From NCBI GenBank assembly GCA_963840035.1, contig CAWIXE010000001.1, positions 896,001 to 960,000 on the forward strand: DNA of 64,000 bases, written 5' to 3'. Positions 49,702-59,028 of the stretch are shown piece by piece; the stretch's first letter is position 1, and each line of letters begins with the position of its first letter. This stretch comes from a candidate division FCPU426 bacterium. Its GTDB lineage: Bacteria > Oederibacteriota > PGYV01 > Palsa-1178. The position numbers and the translations under genes were made by a program. The notes under the pieces were generated by a model. It was not told the origin of the DNA, ran no database searches, and was given only the letters and a program-made list of their open reading frames with translations.

Positions 49702-49723
49702 GCAATTTTCATTTACAAACACA

Positions 49724-49748
49724 AAAGCCCGCTTACTTGCGGGCTTTT
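49724..49748 (+). terminator. intrinsic terminator after tRNA
   Basis: AAAGCCCGC-TTACTT-GCGGGCTTTT. Confidence 0.8.
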
Positions 49749-49775
49749 GTGTTTGTGGTTTTCTGATGTGTCTTT

Positions 49776-50032
49776 TGTAGGGGCCGCCCTATGTGGCGGC
49801 CCGCTGCCTTTGTCCTGTATTTTACCATGTAAAAATCAAACCCCAACGTTCAGGCCGACACCGGCTTTCGCCTTATCTTCAGCCGGCAAGCACAGACCGG
49901 CCCCCTACAGGGGATGTAAATATTTATAATGTTTGTAGAGACGCCACCATGAACCACGAGGGTTCATGGCACGGCCTGTGGGCGTCTCAAGGCAGGTCCT
50001 GCGCTGAGACGGGCACGGGTCCCGTCTCTACA
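49776..50032. repeat. cluster of GTAG-type REP doublets, including a unit of the 119-bp family
   Basis: TGTAGGGGCCG...CGGCCCCCTACA, then GTAAATATTTA linker and TGTAGAGACGCC...CCCGTCTCTACA. Confidence 0.8.
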
Positions 50033-50129
50033 GCATAATTACGCACCGATTAGATACGGTCCTAAAGTTTTACCCTTGTTTTTGTCATCCTAAATGATAA
50101 AATATGAACATAATAACAAAGGGGAATAT

Positions 50130-50636
50130 ATGAAAAAAACCTCAGATTTAATCCTTGTTGTAGCAGATTATATGTTATTGACGGTATTTTTTGTTATCTG
50201 GATTATGTTTTTTAAATCTGATAATATGAATTCATTAAAATTATTCTATGCGGGATTGTTAGCTGCAATATTTTTTTCTAATTTCATATACCTGTTATTT
50301 TTGAAGGAAATTACAGCGGTCAATATTGCAAATATTCGTTCAATGATATTGTTTTGCGGTATGACATTATATGGTTTGTTAAAAGAAGTACTTTATAGAA
50401 TGTTCTCATATAATCTGTCATATATTGTGGTTTTGGCTTGTTGGGCAATAACGCTTGGTTTGGTTTTTCCATTGTTATACATAAAGTTTGGCCGCGATAA
50501 TTTTATGTGGTTGATGCGGCGAGATAAGGCCAAAGAAAAAGATGTAAGCAAGAAGGGAATTGCGGTAAGAGTCTCGGGCATTATTATTTTGTTAATCGTG
50601 ATATTTTATTTTTTTAATTATTTAGGGAAATTATAA
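50130..50636 (+). CDS. AT-rich hypothetical membrane protein
   Basis: About 5 hydrophobic segments; AAGGGG RBS; visibly more AT-rich than its flanks. Confidence 0.65.
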   Translation: MKKTSDLILVVADYMLLTVFFVIWIMFFKSDNMNSLKLFYAGLLAAIFFSNFIYLLFLKEITAVNIANIRSMILFCGMTLYGLLKEVLYRMFSYNLSYIVVLACWAITLGLVFPLLYIKFGRDNFMWLMRRDKAKEKDVSKKGIAVRVSGIIILLIVIFYFFNYLGKL

Positions 50637-50666
50637 AAGAAAATATTTAATCAGGAGGTTTAAACC

Positions 50667-51674
50667 ATGCAAAAAAAAGTTTTTAATCTTAAAACTATAA
50701 AAAGCGTCATATTTGTCCGTCTTGGCAAGCTTGGCGATATGATGATTGCCAGCCGTATACTCAGGAAAACAAGGCAGGCATACCCGCATTTAAAGATCGG
50801 GCTTATAACCCTCAATAAAAGCCGGGAACTCTTCCGATATAATGATGACGTTGACGTACTTAAGATATGGCAGCCTTTGACCCTGCCGGTACTGGCCGTT
50901 GCCGAGCGTCTGCGCGGGTGGGACCTTCTTGTTGACTTAAATGACGAGCCTTCAAGGCGTTCCATACTCGCGAAAAAACTGGTCGGCGGAAAGCATTCAA
51001 TTGCCTTTAATAACCGTAAAAGCGAAGGCGTCTTTGAAAAAACAATCCCGACACTCATAAAGGAAAAATCACATGTCCTGCAGCGCTTAAATGTCATGGC
51101 TGCGGCGCTCGGGATGCCATTTAAGGCAAACGAGGCCATACCTGCGGTTTCACTCAAGCCGGGATTAAAGGAAGAGATTATCAGGGAAAGGGAAGCGTTA
51201 ACCGGCAAAGGAAAAAAGGTCATCGCGATAAACCTTTCAGCGGGACACGCTTCGAGGTATTGGGCCGTGGAAAAGTGGGAGAGCCTGATAAGGGCCCTCG
51301 TGAAAAAGCACCCGAAAGCATTTATTAAGATACTTTGTTCGCCCGCCGACATTAAAGAGGCAAAAGCCCTCGCTGCATGGATAAATTCGCCAAAGATACT
51401 TCCTGTAAAGACATCAAACCTCCATGGCTTCCTTGCTGAGATTGCCGCAAGCGACATGCTGATAACACCTGACACTTCTGCGGTCCACGCGGCATGTGCC
51501 CTTGGCGTGCCTGTGCTGGGGTTGTATCCTGAGCCTTACTGGAATTTTGTTTCATGGAAGCCTTCAGGAAAGAACAATATGGCAATCCGTTCAAAAAATG
51601 ATGGCGTGGACGGGATTGGACTTGATGAAGTGTGCAAGGCAGCCTTGAAAATGGCGGGGATGATTTTAAGGTAG
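50667..51674 (+). CDS. glycosyltransferase family 9 (LPS heptosyltransferase-like)
   Basis: VRLGKLGDM, INLSAG..RYW..KW and DMLITPDTSAVHAACALGVP motifs. Confidence 0.9.
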   Translation: MQKKVFNLKTIKSVIFVRLGKLGDMMIASRILRKTRQAYPHLKIGLITLNKSRELFRYNDDVDVLKIWQPLTLPVLAVAERLRGWDLLVDLNDEPSRRSILAKKLVGGKHSIAFNNRKSEGVFEKTIPTLIKEKSHVLQRLNVMAAALGMPFKANEAIPAVSLKPGLKEEIIREREALTGKGKKVIAINLSAGHASRYWAVEKWESLIRALVKKHPKAFIKILCSPADIKEAKALAAWINSPKILPVKTSNLHGFLAEIAASDMLITPDTSAVHAACALGVPVLGLYPEPYWNFVSWKPSGKNNMAIRSKNDGVDGIGLDEVCKAALKMAGMILR

Positions 51675-51695
51675 TTATTTGCTTGTTTATCGGTT

Positions 51696-51842
51696 TGGTA
51701 GCCGCAACCTTCAGGTTGCGATACGAAGGGTCCTGCCTTGCGCAACATGTCGTGAGGAACACGACAAGATGAGAAGGTATTATTCTGACTTAATGTTTGT
51801 TCGCTTAAGCTCACAAGGACATCTTGAAGGTTGCGGCTACCA
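51696..51842. repeat. GTAGCCGCAACCTT-type REP doublet, copy 2, with extra internal hairpin
   Basis: TGGTAGCCGCAACCTTCA ... TGAAGGTTGCGGCTACCA; interior homologous to 44309-44432. Confidence 0.85.
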
Positions 51843-51866
51843 GCGTACAAAACAAACCAAAAAAAC

Positions 51867-54365
51867 TTATTTTTTATCCGCCGTCAGCAGCGCAATCTCC
51901 GCGAAGACCGACGGCACCTGCATGAAATTCTCGCACACTATGTACCTCGGGTGCCACGACGGGCTGAACTCGTCTTTTTCCTTTCTTAAAGACCATATAT
52001 CCCTGTATTTTTCGCCGTAATTATACAGGGCAGAACCGGCTTTGTTCCACGCCGGAGAATATGAATTAAGGTCTATGGATGAGGACGGCGTCAGGCCGAG
52101 GTTGAAAAAGGCGAAATGTTTTTCCTTTCCCCAGAGTATCAGTTTGTACTTAATATACCTTTCAATGTCCTGGGTTGTGCCTTTTATGGAACGCAGCATG
52201 TCTATCCTGAACTCGTCTTTTAAGGCCCCTGACAGGACTGTGGCAAAAGCGATGAGTTTTTCCTGCTTGTATACCGCTGCAATGTGGAAATGACGCAGGT
52301 ATTCCTGGTTGAAAAAACCTATTATAAATCCCGGCTCTTTAATCTTTTTGGCAATCAGCCATTCTTTTGAAACTTCAACCGCGCTTTTTAAAAACGATGA
52401 TGAACTCTCTCGCGGAAGTACGCGGAAAGAAAAACCTGCCGTCTCAAGCCTGCGGGTTAATGACTGCAGGACGGCGTCTTTTTTCCTGTCAACCGGATAG
52501 TATTCAAGGGCGACTGCCGCGTCGTCGCCAATTTTGTAAAAATTAAACATGGCGTCCTTGTAAAAGTGCAGGTTTTCCTGGTTGACATTGAAAAAAACCG
52601 GCTTGGCCTGTGACTGCCTGGCCAGGCGCTTGAATTTCCATATCATCTCCTCTGTTTCCGCGTAAGGGCCGTACGGGTCCCCGAGCGCGACAAAGTGGCT
52701 CCCGCACTGGGCGTACATGATAAACGACTGCCTTGACCATGAAAAAAGCAGCTGTTTATCGCCGGATAAGGAAAGCAGGGAAATCGCGTCAGAGGAATCA
52801 AAAGCGATCCTGCCGGCGGCATCAGCGTCATATTTTGGGGCTGAGTGCGGGGAAGGCTTGTCAGGCATGAAAATATAACTCACCATCCATGTGATGCCAA
52901 GAATCAATGAAAGCAAAAACGGGAGAAATCCGCGAGCGGACAGGGCGTTAATCCCGGAGGGCATGGACAGGTATATTATCACCGCGCACGCTGAAAATAC
53001 CGCTGTTATAGAAAACAGGATTCCTCGGGTGGGCCTCTCGGCGAAGACGCCTGTTTTCCTGAAAAAATATTCTTTGAAGACAAGCATTATGCCGAAGAGT
53101 ACTATACATAGCGCTGAAATTTCATAACTTAAACCCGACAGCAGCAGGAAAAAACTTCCGGAGACCAACAGCCACAGAGTCAGTATATACGAGGCGGAAA
53201 CTGATTTTTGCAGGCCGCGCGAGAGCATTAACAAACCTGCGCCGGAAAAAAAACACAGGTAAAGAGATAATGACTGAAGCGCGGGCGGAAGTATGGCATT
53301 AAGAGAAGCAACCCTGTCCGCGCCTGCCGGTATTGAGCCTGTGAGCATCATGGCAGCCCCGGCTATGAAAGAGAAAAATGAAAGCACGTAACCCGGGGTG
53401 GAGGAGAGCAGGTCCTTAATCTCGCCCGCCTTTGAAAAAATGGTCTTTCTTTCAGCCTCGGCCTCTGACTCGCCGTAAACAAAATATGACACTGCCAGCG
53501 GCAGTATGTAGTAGATCAGCCTGTACATAATGATGGCGCTGACAACAGGAACGGCGCTGCCTGAAACCGGTGAGAGCATGGATATGGCGGCCGCGTCAAA
53601 TACGCCGAGCCCGCCGGGGATGTTGCTTATGATTCCCAGGAATTCCGACGCAATGTAGACTGCGAAAAAAACAGGGAGAGGCCCCGGTTCGGGCAGCAGG
53701 ACATATAATGCCGCTCCGGCAAAAGCCCATTCAAGGATGGATACGATTATCTGCGGTATGGAAACCAGCGGCCGCGGTGGCTTGACGGGGATACTGAAAA
53801 GCAGGATATCTTTTTTTATGATAAGGGGCCACAGAATGTAAAGGACGAGCGCGGATACCATGATAACAGAGGAAACAACCAGCAGGGTCTTTAGCGCAAA
53901 CGGAACAGAAGCGGGAAGCGCGCCGGGGATAAGAATTATCGCGGAGAGCGCGGTGAAACCGGATAATGATGAAAGGGTGCAGAAGGCTATGACCTGGGCG
54001 GTCTCAGCCGCGGTGTACCTCCACATGGAATACATGCGCAGCCGGACAGCGGAAGAGCTTAGGAGGGACAGCCCGAGGCTGTTGCCGAAGGCGTTAGCCG
54101 TAAAAGAAACCGCGGCGCATTTTAAAAATTCAGGTTTTTTGCCGATGTGTATCACGGCAAGGTAATCATAGAATATGAGGAAGAAATAGCTCAATGCGGC
54201 AAAAAGCAGGGACAGGCCGATCTTACCCGGGGATATGGAGATAAAACCGGATATGATACCGGACCCGCCGTGGTTTTTAAAGAAACCGGCAAGTATGAAA
54301 ATGGACGCAAGAAATGAAAAAGCTGTAAAAGCGGCCCCTATGCGCCGCAGGAGTTTTGTATTCAT
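51867..54365 (-). CDS. mprF: bifunctional aminoacyl-phosphatidylglycerol flippase/synthase (divergent)
   Basis: YDYLA, RLRMYS, PGGLGVFD, YRLIYYILP, GDK, VALGDPYG, KIGDDA and FSPSWHPRY motifs. Confidence 0.88.
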   Translation of the reverse strand: MNTKLLRRIGAAFTAFSFLASIFILAGFFKNHGGSGIISGFISISPGKIGLSLLFAALSYFFLIFYDYLAVIHIGKKPEFLKCAAVSFTANAFGNSLGLSLLSSSAVRLRMYSMWRYTAAETAQVIAFCTLSSLSGFTALSAIILIPGALPASVPFALKTLLVVSSVIMVSALVLYILWPLIIKKDILLFSIPVKPPRPLVSIPQIIVSILEWAFAGAALYVLLPEPGPLPVFFAVYIASEFLGIISNIPGGLGVFDAAAISMLSPVSGSAVPVVSAIIMYRLIYYILPLAVSYFVYGESEAEAERKTIFSKAGEIKDLLSSTPGYVLSFFSFIAGAAMMLTGSIPAGADRVASLNAILPPALQSLSLYLCFFSGAGLLMLSRGLQKSVSASYILTLWLLVSGSFFLLLSGLSYEISALCIVLFGIMLVFKEYFFRKTGVFAERPTRGILFSITAVFSACAVIIYLSMPSGINALSARGFLPFLLSLILGITWMVSYIFMPDKPSPHSAPKYDADAAGRIAFDSSDAISLLSLSGDKQLLFSWSRQSFIMYAQCGSHFVALGDPYGPYAETEEMIWKFKRLARQSQAKPVFFNVNQENLHFYKDAMFNFYKIGDDAAVALEYYPVDRKKDAVLQSLTRRLETAGFSFRVLPRESSSSFLKSAVEVSKEWLIAKKIKEPGFIIGFFNQEYLRHFHIAAVYKQEKLIAFATVLSGALKDEFRIDMLRSIKGTTQDIERYIKYKLILWGKEKHFAFFNLGLTPSSSIDLNSYSPAWNKAGSALYNYGEKYRDIWSLRKEKDEFSPSWHPRYIVCENFMQVPSVFAEIALLTADKK

Positions 54366-54460
54366 ATGATAATGATATAAACACAATTGACAATTGTCAA
54401 TTGTCAATTTACAATGCAATACGCAAGCTTTAAGGCATAAAAAAATCCGGAGGTATGAGA

Positions 54461-54736
54461 ATGAAGCATAATTCGTATTTTGAAGGGAATGTCCAGAGTT
54501 TAAGCCTCAATACTGAAAGGGGCAGCGCCACAGTCGGCGTGATTGCCCCGGGTAAATACAGTTTTGGGACCGTTACCGAGGAAACCATGGCAATTGTTTC
54601 AGGCGGCCTGAAGTATAAGCTTGCCGGAAAAGACTGGCAGATTGCCGTAAAAGGCAGTGATTTTGTTGTACCCGCAAATGAGAAGTTTGAAGTGGAAACG
54701 GACAAGGATACAGCCTATATTTGTTATTACAAATAG
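54461..54736 (+). CDS. ppnP: pyrimidine/purine nucleoside phosphorylase (YaiE/DUF1255)
   Basis: HNSYFEGNVQS, ATVGVIAPGKYSFGT..EETM, FVVPAN and YICYY motifs. Confidence 0.92.
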   Translation: MKHNSYFEGNVQSLSLNTERGSATVGVIAPGKYSFGTVTEETMAIVSGGLKYKLAGKDWQIAVKGSDFVVPANEKFEVETDKDTAYICYYK

Positions 54737-54785
54737 ATTGTCTATATAAATGGCAGTATTTAAAGGGAAAAAATAGAAGAACTAA

Positions 54786-55595
54786 GTTTTTGTAAATTTC
54801 ACTGCCGGGGCCAGGTATGATTACCAGAGCAAGTTTGGAGGGGCTTTTGTCCCGCGTTTTGTCCTGACAAAGCAGTTCGGAAACTTTCACTTCAAGGGCA
54901 TGGCCAACTTCGCCTACCGGTCGCCGAGCATTCTTAATATAGACGGAAATCAGAACATCAAGCCTGAATTCACGACGGATTACGAGCTGGAACTTGGATA
55001 CAAGCTCGGAAACCTTTCACTTGTGCTTAACGGTTTTGACACAAGGATAAAGGACGCCATAGTATACGATACGGTAATAGACCCGCCTAATTTTTATTTC
55101 AATTCCGGAAAAGTCGGCACGCAGGGGCTTGAAGCGCAGCTTAATTTCGCTGAAAAATGGGGCAGCGTAAAAGCCGCGTATTCCTATTACCGCACCGTTG
55201 AAAATACCGTGCCCCAGTATATGTCATATGATGTTTCAGGAAATGAAGTGACAGGCATAAACACCGGCATGCCGGCGCACAAAATCACTCTGGCAGGAAG
55301 CGTAAAGATAGCCGACATAATCACCGTAAGCCCGTCGGCATTTTACCTTTCGGAGAGATATAACACATACTACTCTGACGCGGTTGGCGGAGATGTTTAC
55401 CAGAAGCTCGGCCAGGTGGCTGTAACAAACCTGGTATTGAGCGGGGAGATTATAAAAAACCAGCTTTCTCTTTCACTGGCTTGCTACAATGTATTTGACG
55501 CGGATTATTCCGTGGCCCCCGGATACTATGATTATGACAGGGAAACACCGGGAAATTCCAGGGAGTATATGGCAAAATTAAACTATAAATTTTAA
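54786..55595 (+). pseudogene. C-terminal part of a TonB-dependent receptor; plug and signal peptide missing
   Basis: TAGARYD...FVPR...AYRSPS...IKPE...ELELGY...NVFD..Y...REYMAKLNYKF. In-frame TAA at 54783 and no room upstream. Confidence 0.8.
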
Positions 55596-55621
55596 TATGG
55601 CGTTTAAATAAGGCGGCATCA

Positions 55622-55656
55622 GGCCCCGCGGGTAAAACCGCGGGGCTTATTATTTG
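55622..55656 (+). terminator. probable intrinsic terminator
   Basis: GCCCCGCGG-GTAAAA-CCGCGGGGC-TTATTATTT. Confidence 0.7.
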
Positions 55657-55787
55657 TGCCTTGAGTTTTGAGGTTAATTGGATTATAATATAAATGCGGC
55701 ATCATACCAGGTTTTCTGCGGCTCAAATTTACGTACGGCAAATAATATGTTTGTTTTTTTGCGTTGAATATACAACAGGCGGTGGAA

Positions 55788-57596
55788 ATGATCTGTCTTG
55801 AGCTTCCGGCATTCCTTCATTTTGCTGCTTTCCTTGCCTATTTTTCGCTTGCCATATACATGGTTTCCGGAAAATTATCGACAAACCAGCGGATGAGGAT
55901 ATTTCTGATTGCCTGCTGCCTTGCCGTGGGCAGCCTTGAAAGGCTCATAGCTCATAATACATGCGTGACACCTGAGGTTTTAAAGGCGGCTGAACTGATA
56001 ACAAGGCCGGCATGGATAGCGGCGACGCCTCTGTGTTTTTTGCTCCTGCTCGGACTTTCAAAATTATGGAAAGTTTCAGATTCCATATGGACTAACCTTG
56101 TTATCGCGGTATATATACTTGCCGCGTATTTAATAGACATTACAGGGCAGGGTTATATTGTGGAAAAAACCGGCTTTGGATGGTTAATCAGCTATACGTC
56201 CAAGTGTTCGTTCGTATATTACATCTGCGATATGGTTCTGACTTATGCCGCGCTTGCCGCGGCATTATACGCGATAATCGACAGGAAAGACAATTTGAGC
56301 CGGTTGCAGGCTTCGATTGTGGGCGGCTTCGGGTTTGTTGCCGTAGCAGGTTTGACCGTTTCACAGATTGTCCTGCCCCATTCATTTATTTCCGATTCAG
56401 CCGACCTGTTTAACATCATTCTTGTGGCCGGAGCGGTACTCGCCATAAACCGTTTTGGTTTTGTATCGCTAACCACCGCTTTTGTTTCCGAGGCTGTATT
56501 CCGGTCCATTTCTGAAATGATGATGGTGGTGGATTTAAACGGAATGATAATCGAGGCGAATGAATCGCTAAAGAAAAAGGCCGGTTTTAACGACGGCAGA
56601 AAAAAAGGGAATAGTATGTCGGTGCTGTTTTTGGATGGCGAAAGCGAAGTCCAAAGGATACGGGAGCGCGTCATGTCCTCCGGGAGCATAGTCTCAATGG
56701 AAATAAAACTTGCGGATAAAGGCACGGGACTTCTGACCGCTTCAACGATAAAAATTGGGGGCATCAACGCGGGAATAGCCTGTGTAATAGCTGATATAAC
56801 AGCCATCAAAAAAATGCAGGATGAGATCCAGAGGAATTACGACAGGATGATAGTGCTGGATTCCATGAAGACAAGCTTAACGCACAGCTTAACGCACGAC
56901 CTTAAAACACCCATGGTTTCGATAAAAGGGTTTGTGGCGATGATGCTCAAGGGCGACGCGGGCGCCATAAGCGAAAGACAAAAGGAAATGCTTGAAATAA
57001 TGAACAGGAACATATCCAGGCAGCTAAAACTAATCAGCGACATGCTTGGCGTGGCTAAGATGGAAGGAAGCGGGGTAAAACTTGACATAAGGGAATTTAA
57101 CATGGCGTCGGCTGCGGCAGACTGCCTGCTGGAACTGACAGGCGCGGCGGCTGAAAAAAAGATCAGGTTTGAGCTTACAAAACCCGCGGAAGCGCTCATT
57201 GTGCGCGCCGATGAGTTCCGGATATGGCAGGTAATGGAGAATATTTTAGGCAATGCGGTGAAATTTTCGCCCGAGGGATCTGTCATAAAAATAAGCGTTT
57301 CCGCATCTAACCCTGAGAACGCGGTTATTCCGCAGTACGCGGATACGCTAGCGTTAAAAAAATCGCCGTATGCTTTATTTTCGGTTACTAACCCGGGCAC
57401 GGGGATTTCAGGGCAGGACATCGACAGGATATTTATCCGTTTTGAACAGGCCGGCGACACGCAGTCGCGCAATAAAGGCACCGGGCTCGGGCTTTCAATC
57501 GCGAAATCCATAATACAGGCGCATGGAGGCGCAATATGGGCTGAATCAGAAGGGGCGGATAAGGGCGCTGTATTTAAGTTTGTTTTGCCGGTATAA
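55788..57596 (+). CDS. 7TM-PAS sensor histidine kinase (orphan in this window)
   Basis: About 7 TM helices, PAS-like region, THDLKTP H-box, ENILGNAVKFS N-box and GTGLGLSI G2 box. Confidence 0.93.
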   Translation: MICLELPAFLHFAAFLAYFSLAIYMVSGKLSTNQRMRIFLIACCLAVGSLERLIAHNTCVTPEVLKAAELITRPAWIAATPLCFLLLLGLSKLWKVSDSIWTNLVIAVYILAAYLIDITGQGYIVEKTGFGWLISYTSKCSFVYYICDMVLTYAALAAALYAIIDRKDNLSRLQASIVGGFGFVAVAGLTVSQIVLPHSFISDSADLFNIILVAGAVLAINRFGFVSLTTAFVSEAVFRSISEMMMVVDLNGMIIEANESLKKKAGFNDGRKKGNSMSVLFLDGESEVQRIRERVMSSGSIVSMEIKLADKGTGLLTASTIKIGGINAGIACVIADITAIKKMQDEIQRNYDRMIVLDSMKTSLTHSLTHDLKTPMVSIKGFVAMMLKGDAGAISERQKEMLEIMNRNISRQLKLISDMLGVAKMEGSGVKLDIREFNMASAAADCLLELTGAAAEKKIRFELTKPAEALIVRADEFRIWQVMENILGNAVKFSPEGSVIKISVSASNPENAVIPQYADTLALKKSPYALFSVTNPGTGISGQDIDRIFIRFEQAGDTQSRNKGTGLGLSIAKSIIQAHGGAIWAESEGADKGAVFKFVLPV

Positions 57597-57673
57597 AAAG
57601 GTAAGTTATTTTCACTGATTACCGAACCCGCAAAAAACGCGGGAATTTTTTTTATTAAAACCATGGAGGCGGA

Positions 57674-58402
57674 ATGGAAAAAAAATTTAAATGGCCCGGC
57701 GGGGCAAAAGGGGCTGTGTCGCTTACTTATGATGACGGCCTCATAACTCAGCTGGAAAACGCCATGCCGCAACTGGACCGGGCTGGCATTAAAGCCACTT
57801 TTTTTCCTTCAGGGGAAAGTCTTAGGGAAAAATCTTATGCCCCTGCGTGGAAGAGAGCGGTAAAAGCAGGCCATGAACTTGGCTGCCATACCATGAACCA
57901 CCCCTGCGATAAAAAACATGAGTTTGTCATTCCAGGCTATAGCCTCCAGGAATACTCCGCGCAGAGGATGAAGGATGAAATAATTGAAAACATGAAAGTG
58001 CTTAAGGGTTTTGGGTGCGCTAAAACAGAGTCCTTTGCCTATCCCTGCGCTGAGACTTCGCTTGGAAATAACATGTCGGAAAGTTACATCCCCCTGATCA
58101 GGGGGATGTTCACGGCAGCAAGGGGGATAAAGGATGAAATCGCGGACCCTTATACGGTTGAACTGTATGACACCCCTTCAATCGGGGTTACGTGCGGCGG
58201 CAAAGAAATGATAGACCTGGTAAAACAGGCTGAAAGCTCGGGCGGGTGGATGATATTTCTTTTTCACGGCGTCGGAGGGGACTACATATCAGTCACAACG
58301 GATGCGCACGCGCAGCTGGTCGAATACCTTTCAGGCAACAGGAACTCAGTGTATACGGATACCTTTGGGAAGATAGCTGGGCATATTAAAAAGAAAAGGT
58401 AA
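57674..58402 (+). CDS. polysaccharide deacetylase family protein
   Basis: VSLTYDDG, ATFF, GHELGCHTMNHP, FAYP and FLFHGV motifs. Confidence 0.92.
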   Translation: MEKKFKWPGGAKGAVSLTYDDGLITQLENAMPQLDRAGIKATFFPSGESLREKSYAPAWKRAVKAGHELGCHTMNHPCDKKHEFVIPGYSLQEYSAQRMKDEIIENMKVLKGFGCAKTESFAYPCAETSLGNNMSESYIPLIRGMFTAARGIKDEIADPYTVELYDTPSIGVTCGGKEMIDLVKQAESSGGWMIFLFHGVGGDYISVTTDAHAQLVEYLSGNRNSVYTDTFGKIAGHIKKKR

Positions 58403-58453
58403 AATACCCCCGGTTTGTGATATAATTCTGATATCAAAAAAATGGAGGAAAGC

Positions 58454-58852
58454 ATGAAAAAAATTTTATTGGCTGCGGCAGTGATTTCGGCTGTACTGGC
58501 ATGCGGCTGCGCAAGCGCACCGGCAGTGGAATTGAAAAATGACGTAAAAGCCCTTGGTTCGGAAACTGTTGATACGGGAAAAGCAGCGGTTGAAGTCGGC
58601 AAGTCAGCCGGAAAATTGATTGCTGACGAAGCAGCAAAAAAAGCAGAGGCGGTTAAAAGTGCAGCCGGCGCTGTTGCAAAGACAACAAAGGACGCAGCTG
58701 TAAAAACAGGTTCAGCGCTGCTTTCAAAAGGTAAATCGCTCATAAAAGGCGCTGTCCAGTCAGCTGCTGACACAGTAACTACAACTGCGGTAAATAAGGC
58801 CGACAGTGCTGTACAAAAGGCCGGGGATACAGTAAATAACCTTGTAAAATAA
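58454..58852 (+). CDS. Ala/Lys-rich low-complexity lipoprotein
   Basis: Lipobox ACGC; amphipathic helical repeats; GGAGG RBS. Confidence 0.7.
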   Translation: MKKILLAAAVISAVLACGCASAPAVELKNDVKALGSETVDTGKAAVEVGKSAGKLIADEAAKKAEAVKSAAGAVAKTTKDAAVKTGSALLSKGKSLIKGAVQSAADTVTTTAVNKADSAVQKAGDTVNNLVK

Positions 58853-58862
58853 TGATTTTTAT

Positions 58863-58897
58863 AAAAGGGCAGCCTGTAAAAAGGCTGCTTTTTTTTT
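58863..58897 (+). terminator. intrinsic terminator
   Basis: GCAGCCT-GTAAAA-AGGCTGC followed by a long T run. Confidence 0.85.
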
Positions 58898-59028
58898 CAT
58901 AAGAGAGAGTCTTAAGCCGGAATTGATGATTAGAATCAGATTATATACAAATCCTCCTATTATTTACTTGAAAAAATGGAATTTATACTATATATTTAAG
59001 GTATATAAAGAGTCAAAGAGGTGCTTGC

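Noticed and set aside
50660..51475. Long antisense ORFs (also 56837-57772, 3526-4128, 62712-63158 and others)
   Set aside because: They are shadows of well-supported genes on the opposite strand and have no motifs or RBS.
51867..52400. Catalytically dead MprF
   Set aside because: The motifs are divergent (EPGFI, DMLR, LRKEKDEF), but key basic and acidic residues seem retained. This cannot be decided without an alignment.
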